From Lingula anatina (lineage: Eukaryota > Animalia > Brachiopoda): 64,000 nucleotides of DNA. The stretch's first letter is position 1. The number at the start of each line of letters is the position of its first letter. The position numbers and the translations under genes were made by a program. Location of the stretch: NCBI GenBank assembly GCA_051362555.1, contig CM120642.1, forward strand, positions 9,114,001 through 9,178,000, written 5' to 3'. Below are positions 39,283 through 52,622 of the stretch, piece by piece. The notes under the pieces are model-generated. The model searched no databases. It was not told the DNA's origin and saw only the letters and a program-made list of their open reading frames with translations.

Positions 39283-42200
39283 AATAATCAGAAAAACAGC
39301 TGTTGCTTTGGCACACATCACCTAGCTTAACCACAAACATTAAATCCTTGTAAATATTATTGTAACAGTGGTGCATTGCAGCTTTCCTAAAATGTGAAAC
39401 TATAGGTTGATAAGTGGGAAATTAAAACCTGATGGAGGAACTGGAAAGATATATTAATGGAATAATATTACTGGTACATAAAAACTAATTTCTTGAAAGA
39501 CTTAACTTGCTGATGGTACTCAGCATTTCCACAGCTTCAGTGTAATTCATTAACTTGGGGATTCTAATGTTTTATTGACCTATTTGAAGTGAGATAAGCT
39601 TGGTTTAATTTAGTCTGAATCAAGCCTTCTCTTCCAATTTTCCACTTCATCATCATCAGTGACAAGTCATTTTTTATGGTGCCTCTGAACTTCCTTTGTA
39701 ATAGGCAAGTTTTAGCTTAATTTATCAGGCAAGTGCAAAATCCATTGCAGAAAGTTCAAAAGGGCACTATTCTTTTAATAGGTGGATGCCATATGGAATA
39801 AAAGACAGCCTTAATTGGAGTAAATAATATAATATAATATTGATACATACTCTTACACAAGATTACAAATAACAGGATGTCCTGATGAAAATTACTGTTC
39901 TAGAGTTTGATTGTGAATAGATAAATTCCATGAAAAATGATGTCATGTTTGATCAAATTAGATTCCATGAGTTGAATGGGGAACATTCAACTTTTCCAAT
40001 GTAGTGCACTTTTTATTTTAAGGATGTAGATAACAGGGGTAGCTATCTTCTAAACCGACCAAGATATACCAACATGTTACATATCAATAGAAAGCTTATT
40101 TCAACAGCTTTTCATTTCATATCCTTATTTTATTATGTAATCGTTATGTAATGAGATATAATGCTTAATAGGGGTACTCAACATGATCTTTACACCTTAA
40201 AAACTAGAAGTCCACTACAAATGGACATGTGTAGACAGCTTGACTCGTGAGCCCTCATTGGGATCAACAAGAATGCGCCTCAAATTAGCGATATGTGTTA
40301 AATTAGCAGAGATATCAAAATAAACCTGGTTTCCAGTTCAACGAGACCCCCTTGCCTAACTAAAGCACGCGTAAGTTGAAAACGGAGCTGATGTTATGAA
40401 ATCCCAGACACATGATTTCAGACAAACCTTAGATCTAACGAATGAATGCCAGTTTTCATCGGTTGAGAGTTCTAATTAATTTTGACACTGGTCTAAATGG
40501 TTCTCTTGAAGCCATAAACTGAAGCTGAGAAATCAGCCTTTTAGTGCTCCCCGGAGATTCCAACGTTATATAATCAGTGAGCTGCATTGGCAAGCTGAGA
40601 AATTTAGTTATTTATACTGGTTCAGCCCTCTACTCACTGCCTATGTAACTGTCACTATGTCTTTCATCCATTTTTAACATATTATTGAACATTTTCAACC
40701 GGAGGCCCCCTCCATGCATTGACAGCAGCCACCATGTTAGTCGTGACGTCAGCCTTCTTCACCACGTGACACCTAGGGGGAGTGCCTTTGCCCATATACG
40801 TCTCATCTATATGTCTGCTTTTTAAAGCTTTAATAGATCATCAGAATTAAGTTCACTGATAAATTCAAAATGAAAAGTATTGTTTGGCAAGTGAAAGCGG
40901 GATGTTACTCACAGAATGTGAAAGGCTTAGCAGCAATCTAGTACGGGAAATATACAGCTGCACAGTGAAGCTGCCAATCAAACACATATATGGACAAGTG
41001 TGACCTACTTAAAAACTCAGACACGCTACCACAGGGGTAAATCAGCAATTAGGCTAAAATTACGGGTTTATGTGTAAACTTCCATTATGTTAAGATATGC
41101 TGATATGTAGTTGATATTTCATCTATCTAATACTGACAAATTCAGAAAAACACCCAAATTTTACTGTTTTACTGTTAATTACTACCTTAAATCATATTTG
41201 GAGCTTGAAATAAAAAAAAGATTCTGGTAAATATTAAACAAATGATAAAGTATAGTTTGATTAAAAATCACTAAGACAGACCTGACCGATCCATCTTATC
41301 ATTGTGTGAACATGACCAGAGTAAACAGAGTCTCTCCAGGTGTATACACACACTGTGTGCTTAACAGGCAGGGAGAGGAATTTTCAGCCATGCCTTTTCC
41401 AAGTACTGGATCTATACCAGGCATGAGTCACCTACACTGCTGTGATGAATACATGTAACCACAGAGGCTTTTATATGTCTGGGTTGGTTTTGCTGTTCTC
41501 TTTGTAACTGCTGTGATATCATCATATACACATGGAGGAGGACGTTGTAAGTCTGCTTTTTAATTTTTTTGTTGTTACTTTATTAATTCTAGGACTTCAT
41601 CAGCTTCTTCTGTGTTTAGTTTGTATATTTAATTAAATTGTTTTCTGTTAAATGCTTAGACTCGCGCTCTCTCTCTCTCTCTCTCTCTCTCTGTTCATAT
41701 GTCTGTTTGTTTGAGAAGTTCATCAGGGGCCATCAAATATATACACATCTGTGCATATCAACCTGTTTCTCCTTTATAGCCAGTAATTTATGTACCAGGC
41801 TCATTCATTCCTACATCAACACATGTTCCCCCCCCCAGACTGCAACTTGGCAGTACTAAGTACATGCATATGATGACTAAACTGGTCCATGCATATTGCA
41901 TATATATACATATGTATATATATATAGTTGTACTGTATAACATGTATCAGCCAGTACATGATTTACCTGTCCAAATATTTCACGCAGACCTCTTGGTGTG
42001 TATGTGTGAGTGTGTCATAATGTATGGTTCTGATCTCAAGGTTGATAATATACTGGGTACCTACATGTAGGTTACATAAAAATTAGGGTTTTAACCTGCC
42101 TTGTCCTCAATTCTGTATGATTTCAGTAGGAGATATAAAGGAGAAATTTAAGTATCTGCTGAGACTAATTTAAATGATGGAAATCATAACGTGAAGTAGG

Positions 42201-43042
42201 GGGTTATCTTCTTCATTGTGTTTGATGCCCTTTACTGATAGTATTATCTTTGTATATTATGAAACAATTTAACTTAATTAACTGCATTTCCAGAAATCTT
42301 GTGAAATTAATAGACCGACAACTTTAGCAATGTCCACCTGTGAAGAAAGAGGTGCTCTCAGTGGTATGTTTTATTTACATTTATAATTTCTTTTTGTTTT
42401 CCAATTTTCTTTATTTCTGTTTATAGTTGAAGCATTCATTTAAACTTTGATTTTTATTATTTGCCGATTTATCAGTTTCAGTTGTTATATTCTGAAGAGT
42501 TTTCAGTATTATTGTCATTCACTTAAATTTCTTTCGTCATATATATTAACAAATTCTAAGTATGTCCAATGGGCAAATTAATGTAACTTATTAAAAATTT
42601 TACATGATAAATGATAATAAATATATGCAATACATATTTCTTATGAAAACAGATTGCAGTGATTAATGCCTGACATTTCATTGAAGGGTTTGGAAATCCA
42701 CTCTGTACTCCTAGAGGGGAGGAAAACACATCCCCTGGGCCAACAGGAGTGTCACCAGAGTCACAAGAACTGTCACCAAGGTCCCAAGAAAGACTAAGGC
42801 AGCTTAAAATAGATTTGTCACAAGGGAAAGGTGTGTCAGTGTTTTACGTGATAGCTTTGGACCCAGTGTTGGACAGTTTGGTACTATAGTAGCCTGATAG
42901 TGAAGTTTTAAAAAAAAATTTTTTTGATTATCAGTATCATATGATTAATCACATTTTAATATACCTTGCAATACATATCAGTATGGAATTCCCTGATACT
43001 AATTAATATTGTTATAGTAATGATATTTGGAGGCATTTAATT
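39283..43042 (+). repeat. Segmental duplication, copy 1 (upstream region and first exons of the kinase); copy 2 at 49835-56551
   Basis: Homology starts at AATAATCAGAAAAACAGC in both copies (39283 and 49835) and is colinear once the TE insertions are removed. Confidence 0.92.
40022..41186. mobile_element. Kolobok-like non-autonomous DNA transposon (TTAA TSD, GG...CC termini)
   Basis: TTAA at 40018-40021 and 41187-41190. Imperfect TIRs GGATGTAGATAACAG / CTGTTAATTACTACC. The paralogous site at ~50545-50565 is empty. Confidence 0.75.
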
Positions 43043-43492
43043 GGAATTTAGATCATAATTGAATAAAACTATTCACTTGGATTTGATAATGATTAATCTA
43101 ATTAAGTTTCTGCAAAACAGTAATTCTACAAAGTGCTGCATTTCAAAAACAGGTTCATTATTTATCATTACATACAATATATCTTGATTTTCAGCTAAAC
43201 TTGAATATGACAAGAATAACAAAGTCCACGTGAATTACTGTGATGATAAATCTGGCCAATTCAAGTATGTCATATGATTTGTAGGACACATATTCAAGAC
43301 TATTTTAATTGTTAATTAATAAAGTTTTACATAAACTTTGAAAGATGTACAAATCATGTCTTCATTTGTTTTCTTAATGAACCAAGAAATTGATTGTAGC
43401 TAATAAATTCAAATTGGTATGCCATCAATGCTCATACATTTATAAATAATGTTTCTCAATCAGCTCTAATTTTCAAAATATTCATTTGAAGA

Positions 43493-46374
43493 ATGAAAGA
43501 TATTGGCAAAGTATTAGAAACTGACCAGGAAAATAAAGAAGAGGTGTTGAATCGTGTAATGCAGGTCATTGAGTTCATGAAATCCCAAAATGCACCACAG
43601 GGTGTGGCTTTAAACTCTGCAAAGGTACGAGTAACAGGGAAGAATATGAAAAAGGCTTATATATCTTATTTGAATTATTTCTTGTGATTTAACAACATAT
43701 TTTTGATATAATGTAAAGACTCATTTTCAAGATTGTCATATTGGCAGGTAATTCCTGATCTCAATCTTACTCTATATTAATTATTAGCTTTCATTATGGA
43801 ATATCTTTTTGTAAGTCATAATAGAAAACAATGTTTTGTATGGACAATGTTTATGCATAATTGTTTAACAAACTCTGCTGACCTAGCTATCATCCCTAAT
43901 CAAAATAAGTGAAAAATAAAAATAAAAATGCCAGTCTAGCTAATACTTAAATATTTTAGACTAAACCACAGTATGGATACTATGAAAAAGGTCAGCATTA
44001 TACAATGAACATGGATCAAATTTTGGGAGGAGGAGTACATGGGAAAGTTGTTATGGTCTATGATGAAAAAACTGAAGAAAAGTCAGCCTTTAAAAAGGTA
44101 TGTTTTAAAAAGATGTAATTTTAGTCCTAAAATGCTGCAGATTTTGAGTGTTTGATGCTAATATATATGTTGATTTATTCGTTGAAATTTCAATGGGAAT
44201 CTGTTAAATTGTTTAATTTTACTCAATGCACTTAGTATGTCGTGTAAGTTGATGAATGGGGAAAAGCTGCTGCTCTTACTTACTAGTTATTTCTTTTTCT
44301 TTTCTTTACATTTTATATTATTTAATATCTCAGGTAATGTTACTAGACTTCAGGGAGGAGGAGATAAGAGCTTGGGTGGCTATGGAAGATAATCCACATT
44401 TTCCAGAGCTGTACATGCTAAAAGTAGAGGGAGATAAAGTATTATTATTCATGGAACCCTTACAGCCAAGTAAGCCTTTACAGTTGTTTTAAAATCTTTG
44501 AACATACATATATAGATATTGAACTACAAATATATCCAACTATGAAGGGTGTGCATACACATATCATGAAATTTAATTAAAATATATCAATTTTTTTTAC
44601 TGTATTAATTTGTTTAATTATTTGTTTATTTATCTTAGAAATAACTTTGACTGAAGTCATAGACCAGTATTTTTCCCAGCTTCAACAACAAGGTCCAGCA
44701 GCCCAGTGGTCATTTTCCATCTTTGTGGTCAAAGGTCTACTTGAAGCCATCCAAGCACTTCATGAAAAGGGGTACACACACAATGATCTTCACAGTGAGT
44801 TACAAAAACTTAGATAAAGCTGACAGTGAAAGTCACTGGAATATCTACCAGTAGAATGTGCCAATTAAAACCAAATAAATGTGTCAGATATCTAGTTCAC
44901 GCAGTTAGCCATTGGACTTCCTGTCTACACACAAATTGTACATGTACATGTATGTACAGTGTATTTCAAGGAATGGTCACAGTTATTGCCTTAAGAGGCA
45001 TTAAACAGGATTTTGAAATGAAAAAATGAACATGACTGTATTGGTTTTGAAACTCAAGCATGTAACAGACTACGTTATATCATTTAAGAGAGTTATATAT
45101 GTGTATCTTTGACTTACATGTGTAAAAGCACAGACTGTACTAATTACATTTAAGACAGCTTAATTCCCATGCCTTTTTTTATTTGCAATTTATAGACACT
45201 TCTGCAACAATACATTAATTTCTATTATATTGATTACTTTTATATTTTTGCAGCTGGTAATATTCTCCTTGAAGACACCAAGTCTAGTATGGAAGTCAAG
45301 GTTGTTGACCTTGGCCTTGCTGAGGTCATTCCTAATCCACTGACAGTGACCAGCAAGGCCAAGGTCACAGATGACCTGTGGAACATCCTGAGAACTTTCA
45401 TTGCACTTTGTGCTGGGTATACATTTGAATCCACTTATGACATGACAAAACACTGGAGAGATGCATTACATTATGTAAGTTCATTATGTTGAAAGACAAT
45501 GCATGGGTTTGCACAAATTGGCATTAATTCATTCTTGGTTTAGAAACATTTTGACAAGAAACATCTTTGCACCTCGAAATGATTGCATGCATTGAATCTT
45601 TTCTAATTCACTATTCTTTTTTTAATCACTGCAAAAAAATCTTATAAAAAAAAAAAAAAACCTTTTTGCTCTTACAGAGTTGGTGGGAAGGGGGGCTCAA
45701 AAATTAAATGACCTTTTTACAATGGCATAGAACTTAGATCAAATGTTCATTCTGTTCAAAATATTAATTAACCTTAACCTGAACTTCTTTATATATTTTC
45801 AAGGTTGATGAATCATTTCGTAAAGAATTTGAGGAAATTGTTGCTTTTTGCATTGATGCTGCTTTAAACTTTGCTACGGAGCTTCCAGCTGGAAAACTAC
45901 TTAATAAATTGAATGAGGCTGGAGACATTGCTGAAGGTGAAATTTTTTTTTTAGATATTTAAGTATCGAATAAATAAGTATTTTGAAACAAGTTTATTCT
46001 GCAAGTATACAACACTTTCACCATTAGGCAAAGGCAGAATAGGCACCGGCCTTGTCTATGATTTTCCCAGTTGATTCATTAATTTGTTATTTAGCTGACC
46101 CAGTAAGATTGGTCTGAACCCCTACCGTTTGTTCTAAGATTAATTAAAGGGATAATAACTTTTCGTATGAGATCTATATTTCACAAAAACATTTTTCAGA
46201 AAAAAAAACAAGGACTAACTTTGAATGTAAAAATGGATTCATTAACCATTGGTAAGTATGGGAAAATTGTTGTTTACTCCAGGGAAATTCATTTTTTGGC
46301 CAAAACATAGTTATTATCCCTTTTATAACCTTATTCTGTATACCATCAAATGGCTCTCTTTCCCCCTCTTTCTT

Positions 46375-46422
<48 letters not shown>

Positions 46423-47652
46423 TCATTTTGTGTCTGGTCTTATTTTAAAATTCAGGAAATTATATTAACATTTTATTTCAGACCTGAAAGATTGCATGAG
46501 TGTTTTGAAAGGTATCTTCTTTAGTGATGGTTTCATGCCAATTCACCCAGATCAGACAGACAAGGTAATTTTCACTACATTAATGTAATATAAAAAATAA
46601 GATAAGAAAATTGTCATTTTTTAAATGTAGTTATTTTTGATCAAGGCAATGTGTAGTCTATTAGTTCAAGTTTTTAACCAAACCAAATATTTGAATTCTG
46701 TTTTCAAGGAAATAAAATGCAGATTTTTATCTGCTGTTTGAATAGAAGAATTGATCTAAAAAATCTTCAACACACAGTGTTTGAATTCATCTATTTATAA
46801 TTACACCTACTGGTATCTTTAACAATTTTCTGATTTTTCACTTAGACGACTGCAGAACCCCAGGCTGTCTTTGGGGTCAATGACACACTGAGCAAGGAAG
46901 TGCATATGAATTTAACTGAGGAGCAAAAAATCGCAATTGAAAAGCTTTTCAAGCAAAAAGGATGGTCAAGTCCGGTAATTTACCTTTTTAAATTATTTAT
47001 GATATGTAAGTCGTGAAAATTTTGACATTTGACCCCACAGAAAGATGTTGTTGTTTAAATGCGCAAAATCTGTCCACCCTGTGACTTTGAAATTCCCCCT
47101 CTATAATGCTATGCCTGTATCATCCTAGATCTATGTTAAAAAAAGAAATTTTGTTTACCATCCCTGTTTACAGAGAATTGCCATTTGTTAACCAACTTAT
47201 CAATTTTGTATGACCTTATGGTATATTAGCTACTACATATTTATCAGTAACTCATGTTTTATTTTAAAATTTCTGATAGGAAATATAGAAAACATCTCAA
47301 ATTACAGCTTCATTTCTGACCTTTTAATTTTCAGATTAAATGTGAAGAATCAAGTGTCCTGGAAAGAAATTTCAATAAGATGGATCTTTTGGAAACGGTA
47401 AAAGCCTTCAATTGTACAGCTTTAATTGATGGCAGCAGCCAGAATGAGATATTTCTTTCTCAGCTGGTGGTCGATATATAATCAACTGTGATTGTTGTGT
47501 AAACAGCATGTCTAAGCTCATAGATTTGGGGGGAAATTAATACACATTTGATAATATATATTTTTATATGTTGTGAAAACAAAATTACTGAAAAAGAAAC
47601 AGTTTTGGGTACTTGTCAGGCTAGAGCTCTCCCCCCCCCCCCTCCCTGCATG

Positions 47653-47683
<31 letters not shown>

Positions 47684-47894
47684 TCATATCTTTGAAAATT
47701 AATATATGTTTGTATTCCAGGATGGAATAGAAGATACACAGTGTGACAGTTTGGACACTACAGATGGGCACAGTGTAGACCTGACTGACCATAAGGCTGG
47801 CAACAGTATGGACCAGAAACCTGCCTATAGGTCTTTAAGAATGACGTATCTGATGGGAAGACTTCATGAGTTAGAGCTCAATCTGTCTCATTAA
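43493..47894 (+). CDS. Divergent Ser/Thr kinase related to MAP3K14 (NIK) / MAP3K8 (TPL2), ~454 aa from the first in-frame ATG; exons 43492-43624, 43960-44097, 44334-44469, 44639-44794, 45254-45474, 45804-45936, 46482-46564, 46846-46974, 47335-47397, 47721-47894; upstream exons ~42294-42363, 42653-42830, 43195-43264
   Basis: G-loop LGGGVHGKV; AFKK; FREEEI; catalytic loop HNDLHTGNIL; VVDLG; DDLW. The pre-kinase motif GVALNSAKTKPQYGYYEKGQHY resembles NIK [21 protein letters not shown]. Exons are in frame with no internal stop. The true start is uncertain. Confidence 0.8.
46148..46321. mobile_element. Short Kolobok-like MITE in a kinase intron
   Basis: Perfect 13-bp TIR AGGGATAATAACT / AGTTATTATCCCT flanked by TTAA / TTTA. 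A related inverted copy lies at ~431-597. Confidence 0.7.
46374..46418. repeat. (CT)n microsatellite
   Basis: Direct reading. Confidence 0.9.
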
Positions 47895-49271
47895 ACTGCA
47901 GATATAACAAGGGGGGGGGGGGGGGGGGGTAGTGTTCATATGGGTTACTTTGCAAATTAAAATAAAATTATGCATGAATTTGATTTAGGGCATGCTGCAA
48001 AATAGCATTGACAATCTTTTATGCTTTTTTAAAAACTTTTGTGAGAAACAAATGGGTAGTTTTCATGCAGTGCAAGTGTAGAGCTGTCTTAGAGAAACCT
48101 GATTGATAAATAGATTAACCTACATGAGTAAGAGTTATGCCTCTCTCATTAAAAAAATAGTATTATAATGTGACCTATGGATTGGCCATATGTTTGTGCC
48201 TTGTGATATACCCTTTACTAGGTTACAAGTTATTTATGTATAAAACTGAGTCAGAGCTGTATCTGTCTCCTATAGACCAGTATGAGTGTCTAGATTTACG
48301 TCTTTATAATTAGCAATCAAAATTCCATTTTAAAATACAATTTTATATAAGATATGCATAAAGTTTGAAATGGAGTGAAGCAATAACCGCAAGAAATATT
48401 GGTGCTATGGTATTTTAACAAATGATATCATATCCATCGGTTTTATAAGCCTGGAATAGTCTTATTATATGGTTCTTCTGATTTATCCAAAATGTTTCAA
48501 GAGGTGTTTAAAATATTGCATCTCTGAATCCCTTTATTTATGACTTTGACAAATTGCATTTTAATATTTTTTATAAGCCTTGCTGCTGAAATGGGGATTT
48601 CTTTCTCATTTTCTTATATTTCCTACAGGTTTTTGGAAAAAATTTAGAATATTGTTCATTTTTTTCTTTTTTGTTTATTTTGAGATGTGCAATCTGTTTT
48701 GAAGATAAAAAATTGGGTTAAATTGTTATTTTGAAAATATGCATATTTATTTTGTTGACAACAGATACAGGTATTTATTTTGTATCAGGATAACTGAGCT
48801 TGAATCAAATCATAATGTAACATATCACCCAACTTAATACAATGGTTATCAAAATTTGATCCTGGTGTATGAAAACTGTGAAATTACCGTTGGAAAGCAA
48901 TAAAACTGAGCTTTTATTTTTACGTAAGTTTACTTTTTACCTTCTTCACATATCGATAACAGAAGTAATCGTATCTGCAACAGAATAAAAAATATTTACC
49001 ATTATTCTTCATCATAAAGATTGTTGGCATGAATAAAACTGAAGAATAATTGAACTTTTTCCCTCCTCATCATTATAAGACCATTTCATTTAGTAGGTTG
49101 ATTTGGCCAGCAATTAGTATGTATGTAAGGGCCATTCAAAATTAGATACCTTGCACTATATAGCTTCTGTGCACTCACTCCACGGGAACTTTAGCCAAAT
49201 GCAATAAGATTAACAGACTAACACAGAGCTGGCGATTATATACGTTGAGAACAAGAGGAGGCATGTGTATC

Positions 49272-49550
49272 CAGTGGTGGATTTAGAGGGGGGTAAGGGC
49301 CCAGGGTCCTGACACCCCCCCCCTTCGGTTTTTGAAAAATGTATCACACCAATTTTCCCCTCTTGAAATTAAAAATTTTAGCTGAATCATAGTTCTAAAC
49401 AGCACCCAAGGGCAACATTTGGCCTCCAAAACATTTTTGGGGGCCCTTGAGCAGGCCCCGATCCCCACACCAAGGGTGTGATGGTAGGCTTCGCATCCAA
49501 TGTCTGTCGTTCTGGACCTCCCCCTTCAAATAATCCTGGATCCGCCCCCA
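49272..49550. mobile_element. hAT-like MITE, TIR family similar to 18278-18445
   Basis: CAGTGGTGGATTTAG ... CTGGATCCGCCCCC imperfect inverted ends on a GC-rich island within AT-rich DNA. Confidence 0.5.
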
Positions 49551-50622
49551 TTTATCTTTTAATTTGTTTGAGTTTGTGCGCACTAGCTTGTACAACATAA
49601 CTGGTACTGAACAGCCCCTATTACATTGACTGAATATTTTTAAGTTCCTCTGTGTGACGTGATGTGCCCTCATGATAGGGCTTGCCCCAGGAAATGGACA
49701 AATAAGTAATATATGCTTTATATATACTTTCTGCATCAAACTGAGCTAGTGAAAATGTACATAGATAAGTTTTTTTTTTAAATCTAGGCTCATGTCTGAA
49801 TTTGATCTTTATAATTTATAAGAGTGGGTCAATGAATAATCAGAAAAACAGCTGTTGCTTTTGAACACATATCACCTAGCTTAACCACAAACATTAAATC
49901 CTTGTAAATATTATTGTAACAGTTGTGCATTGCAGCTTTCCTAAAATTTGAAACTAAAGGCTGATAAGTGGGAAATTAATAGCTGATGGAAGAACTGGAA
50001 AGATATATTAATGGAATAATGTAACATAAAAACTAATTTCTTGAAAGACTTAACTTGCTGATATGGTACTCTAAAAAGCATTTCCAAAGTTTCATTGTAA
50101 TTCTCAGACATTAACTTGGTGATTCAAATGTTTTTATTTGAAGTGAGATAAGCTTGCATGGTTTAATTTAGTCTGAATCAAGCCTTCTCTTCCAATTTTC
50201 CACTTCATCATCAGTGACAAGTCATTTTTTATGGTGCCTCTGAACTTCCTTTGTAATAGGCAAATTTTAGCTTAATTTATCAGGCAAGTGCAAAATCTGT
50301 TGGAGAGAGTTCAAAAGGGCACTATTCTCTTAATAGATGAATGAAAGACAGCCTAGCTTGGAGTAAATAAGATAATATTGATACATGCTCTTATACAAGA
50401 TTACAAATACCAGGATGTTTTGATGAAAATTACTGTTCTAGAATCTGATTGCGAATTCCATGAAAAATGATGTCATGTTTGATCAAATTAGATTCAATGA
50501 ATTGAATGGGGAACATTATTCAACTTTTTCAATCAGTTATAATTTTTATTTCAAATGATATTTGAAGCCTGAAATAAAAAAAAATTCTGGTGAATATTAA
50601 AAAAATGATAAAGTATAGTTTG

Positions 50623-51318
50623 GGTACGTACGGATAAAATTTAGTCCCAAAATATGACACGTCCCTATACTCCCGTTACCGATAGATACATAAAGGAAAA
50701 ACTGAAAAAACGTCTTTTTAGATTTAAATACCGATAGATCCGATTTTTTATTGCTGTCCTATATATTTGCGTTCCTATAGATACGACGTCCTCATAAACC
50801 CACGTCCTTTAAATAAACATACCTACAGATCCAGAACACTGTTTAAAGCGTTCTCAAAATGTAACATTTGCACACTTTTAAAAAATGTGTTCTGTTTCAT
50901 GTTTACGACGCGTTCCCGAACTTTAGAGTGTGATAGGCGTGTAGACGCGAACGTACATGTATGTCTTGTTTGAACACCTAATAAATATATAAATACAATG
51001 AATATAATGAATAAATAATAAATATCAAGTTGTAATCAAGTCAGATCACTAAGTGGATCAGTATTCGCAGCCAGACTGTCACTCGAAAGCCTCATCCCTG
51101 AACCACAAGTTGATATCAGCCTTTTAGCCGATTACGATGTCAGATAGATGGATGTAGTGGTACCTGGATCTAAAGATACGTGGGTTTATAGGAATCTGTT
51201 GGTGGATCTATCGGAACGCAAATTTAACGAGACGTAAATCTATTGAGACGTGTATGTATAGAGACATATCTATCGGGACAAATATTTTACTGGGACGTTT
51301 ATCTATATGGTGGACCCC
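50623..51318. mobile_element. MULE/foldback-like non-autonomous element
   Basis: 9-bp TSD TATAGTTTG (50614-50622, 51319-51327). Long imperfect inverted arms (e.g. ATAAACCCACGT / ACGTGGGTTTAT, CGATAGATCC / GGATCTATCG). The site in copy 1 (~41251-41259) is empty. Confidence 0.8.
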
Positions 51319-51875
51319 TATAGTTTGATTAAAAATCACTAAGTCAAACCTGACTGATCCATCTTATCATTGTGTGAAAACATGACCAGAGTAAACAGAG
51401 TCTCCGGTCTCCAGGTGTACATACACACACCAGGCATGAGTCACCTGCACTGCTGTGATATAACCGCTGTGATATCATCATATACACATGGAAGAGGACG
51501 TTGTAAGTCTGCTTTTTTAATTTTTTTTTTTTTTTTTTGTAGTTACTTTATTAATTCTAGGACTCCATCAGCTTCTCTGTGTTTAGTTTGTGTTTTTAAA
51601 CCAATTATTTCCTGTTAAATGCTTAGACTGGATCTCTCTCTCTCTTTCATTGTCTTTCCCTCTCTCTCTCTATTCATTTCGTATGTCTGTGTGTTTGAGA
51701 AGTTCATCAGGGGCCATAAAATACACATATCTGTACATATCAACCTGTTTAATAGGTCAGCCAGTAATTTGTATAGGCCTACCTGGCTTATTCATTCCTA
51801 CACCAACTCATGTTCCCAGACTGCAACTTGGCAACTTACTATAAGTACATGCATATGATGACCATTAAACTGGTC

Positions 51876-52163
51876 CATCGCGAGCCAGTTACTTCCAAAG
51901 CTGTAATTAATTCTCGACTGCGCTCGGAGGAGATTCTGACACCTTGATGCATGCCCAGTAGTATCTCTAAGCTGTGGAGTTCATCAGTTTAGTTGTGATG
52001 ACTCAAGCATACAGACGCGTTATATGGCTAGTGGTAGTGCTTGTTGTTGCACAAAATCGATAACTGCGACCGCCATTTACTTTCTAACTTCCTGCTGCGC
52101 ATGCACCAAGGTATAAGAATCTCCTTAATTAATTACAGCTTTGGAAGTAACTGGCTCACGCTG
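51876..52163. mobile_element. MITE with ~35-bp TIRs (hAT-like CA...TG ends)
   Basis: CGCGAGCCAGTTACTTCCAAAGCTGTAATTAATT / AATTAATTACAGCTTTGGAAGTAACTGGCTCACG. Absent from copy 1. No TSD visible, because an adjacent region is deleted. Confidence 0.75.
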
Positions 52164-52266
52164 CCAGTAATTACGCCGCGGTGTATTCAGGGTACAGACC
52201 GTGATCACAAGATACCGCAAATAGATTTTTAGAAAGTAGATTTTTCATGTGAACGCAGCCTTAATT

Positions 52267-52440
52267 GGGGGAATCTCGATAGTCCGAAGGTTCATTGGTC
52301 CGAAGGTTCATTGGTCCGAAAAGTGGTAACATTTTCATCGACTTTTTAATCAAAGGTTCATTGGTCCGAAGGTTCTATAGTGAACATTCGGACCAATGAA
52401 CCTTCGGACTATTGAACCTTCGGACTATCGCTACGGCCCC
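52267..52440. mobile_element. Foldback/MULE-like MITE built from 16-bp subrepeats
   Basis: TSD CCTTAATT (52259-52266, 52441-52448). GGGG...CCCC ends. Tandem TCCGAAGGTTCATTGG in the left arm and its reverse complement in the right arm. Confidence 0.8.
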
Positions 52441-52622
52441 CCTTAATTAACTGAGTTTCCAGAAATCTAGGTTAAATTTCCAGGAATCTAGTGAAATTAA
52501 TAGACTGACAACTTTGGCAATGTCCACCTGTGAAGAAAGAGGTGCTCTCAGTGGTATGTTTTATTTGCATTCAATGTTATAATTCTTTCTTTTCTTTAGT
52601 TCTGTTTAGTTTTAAGCATTCA

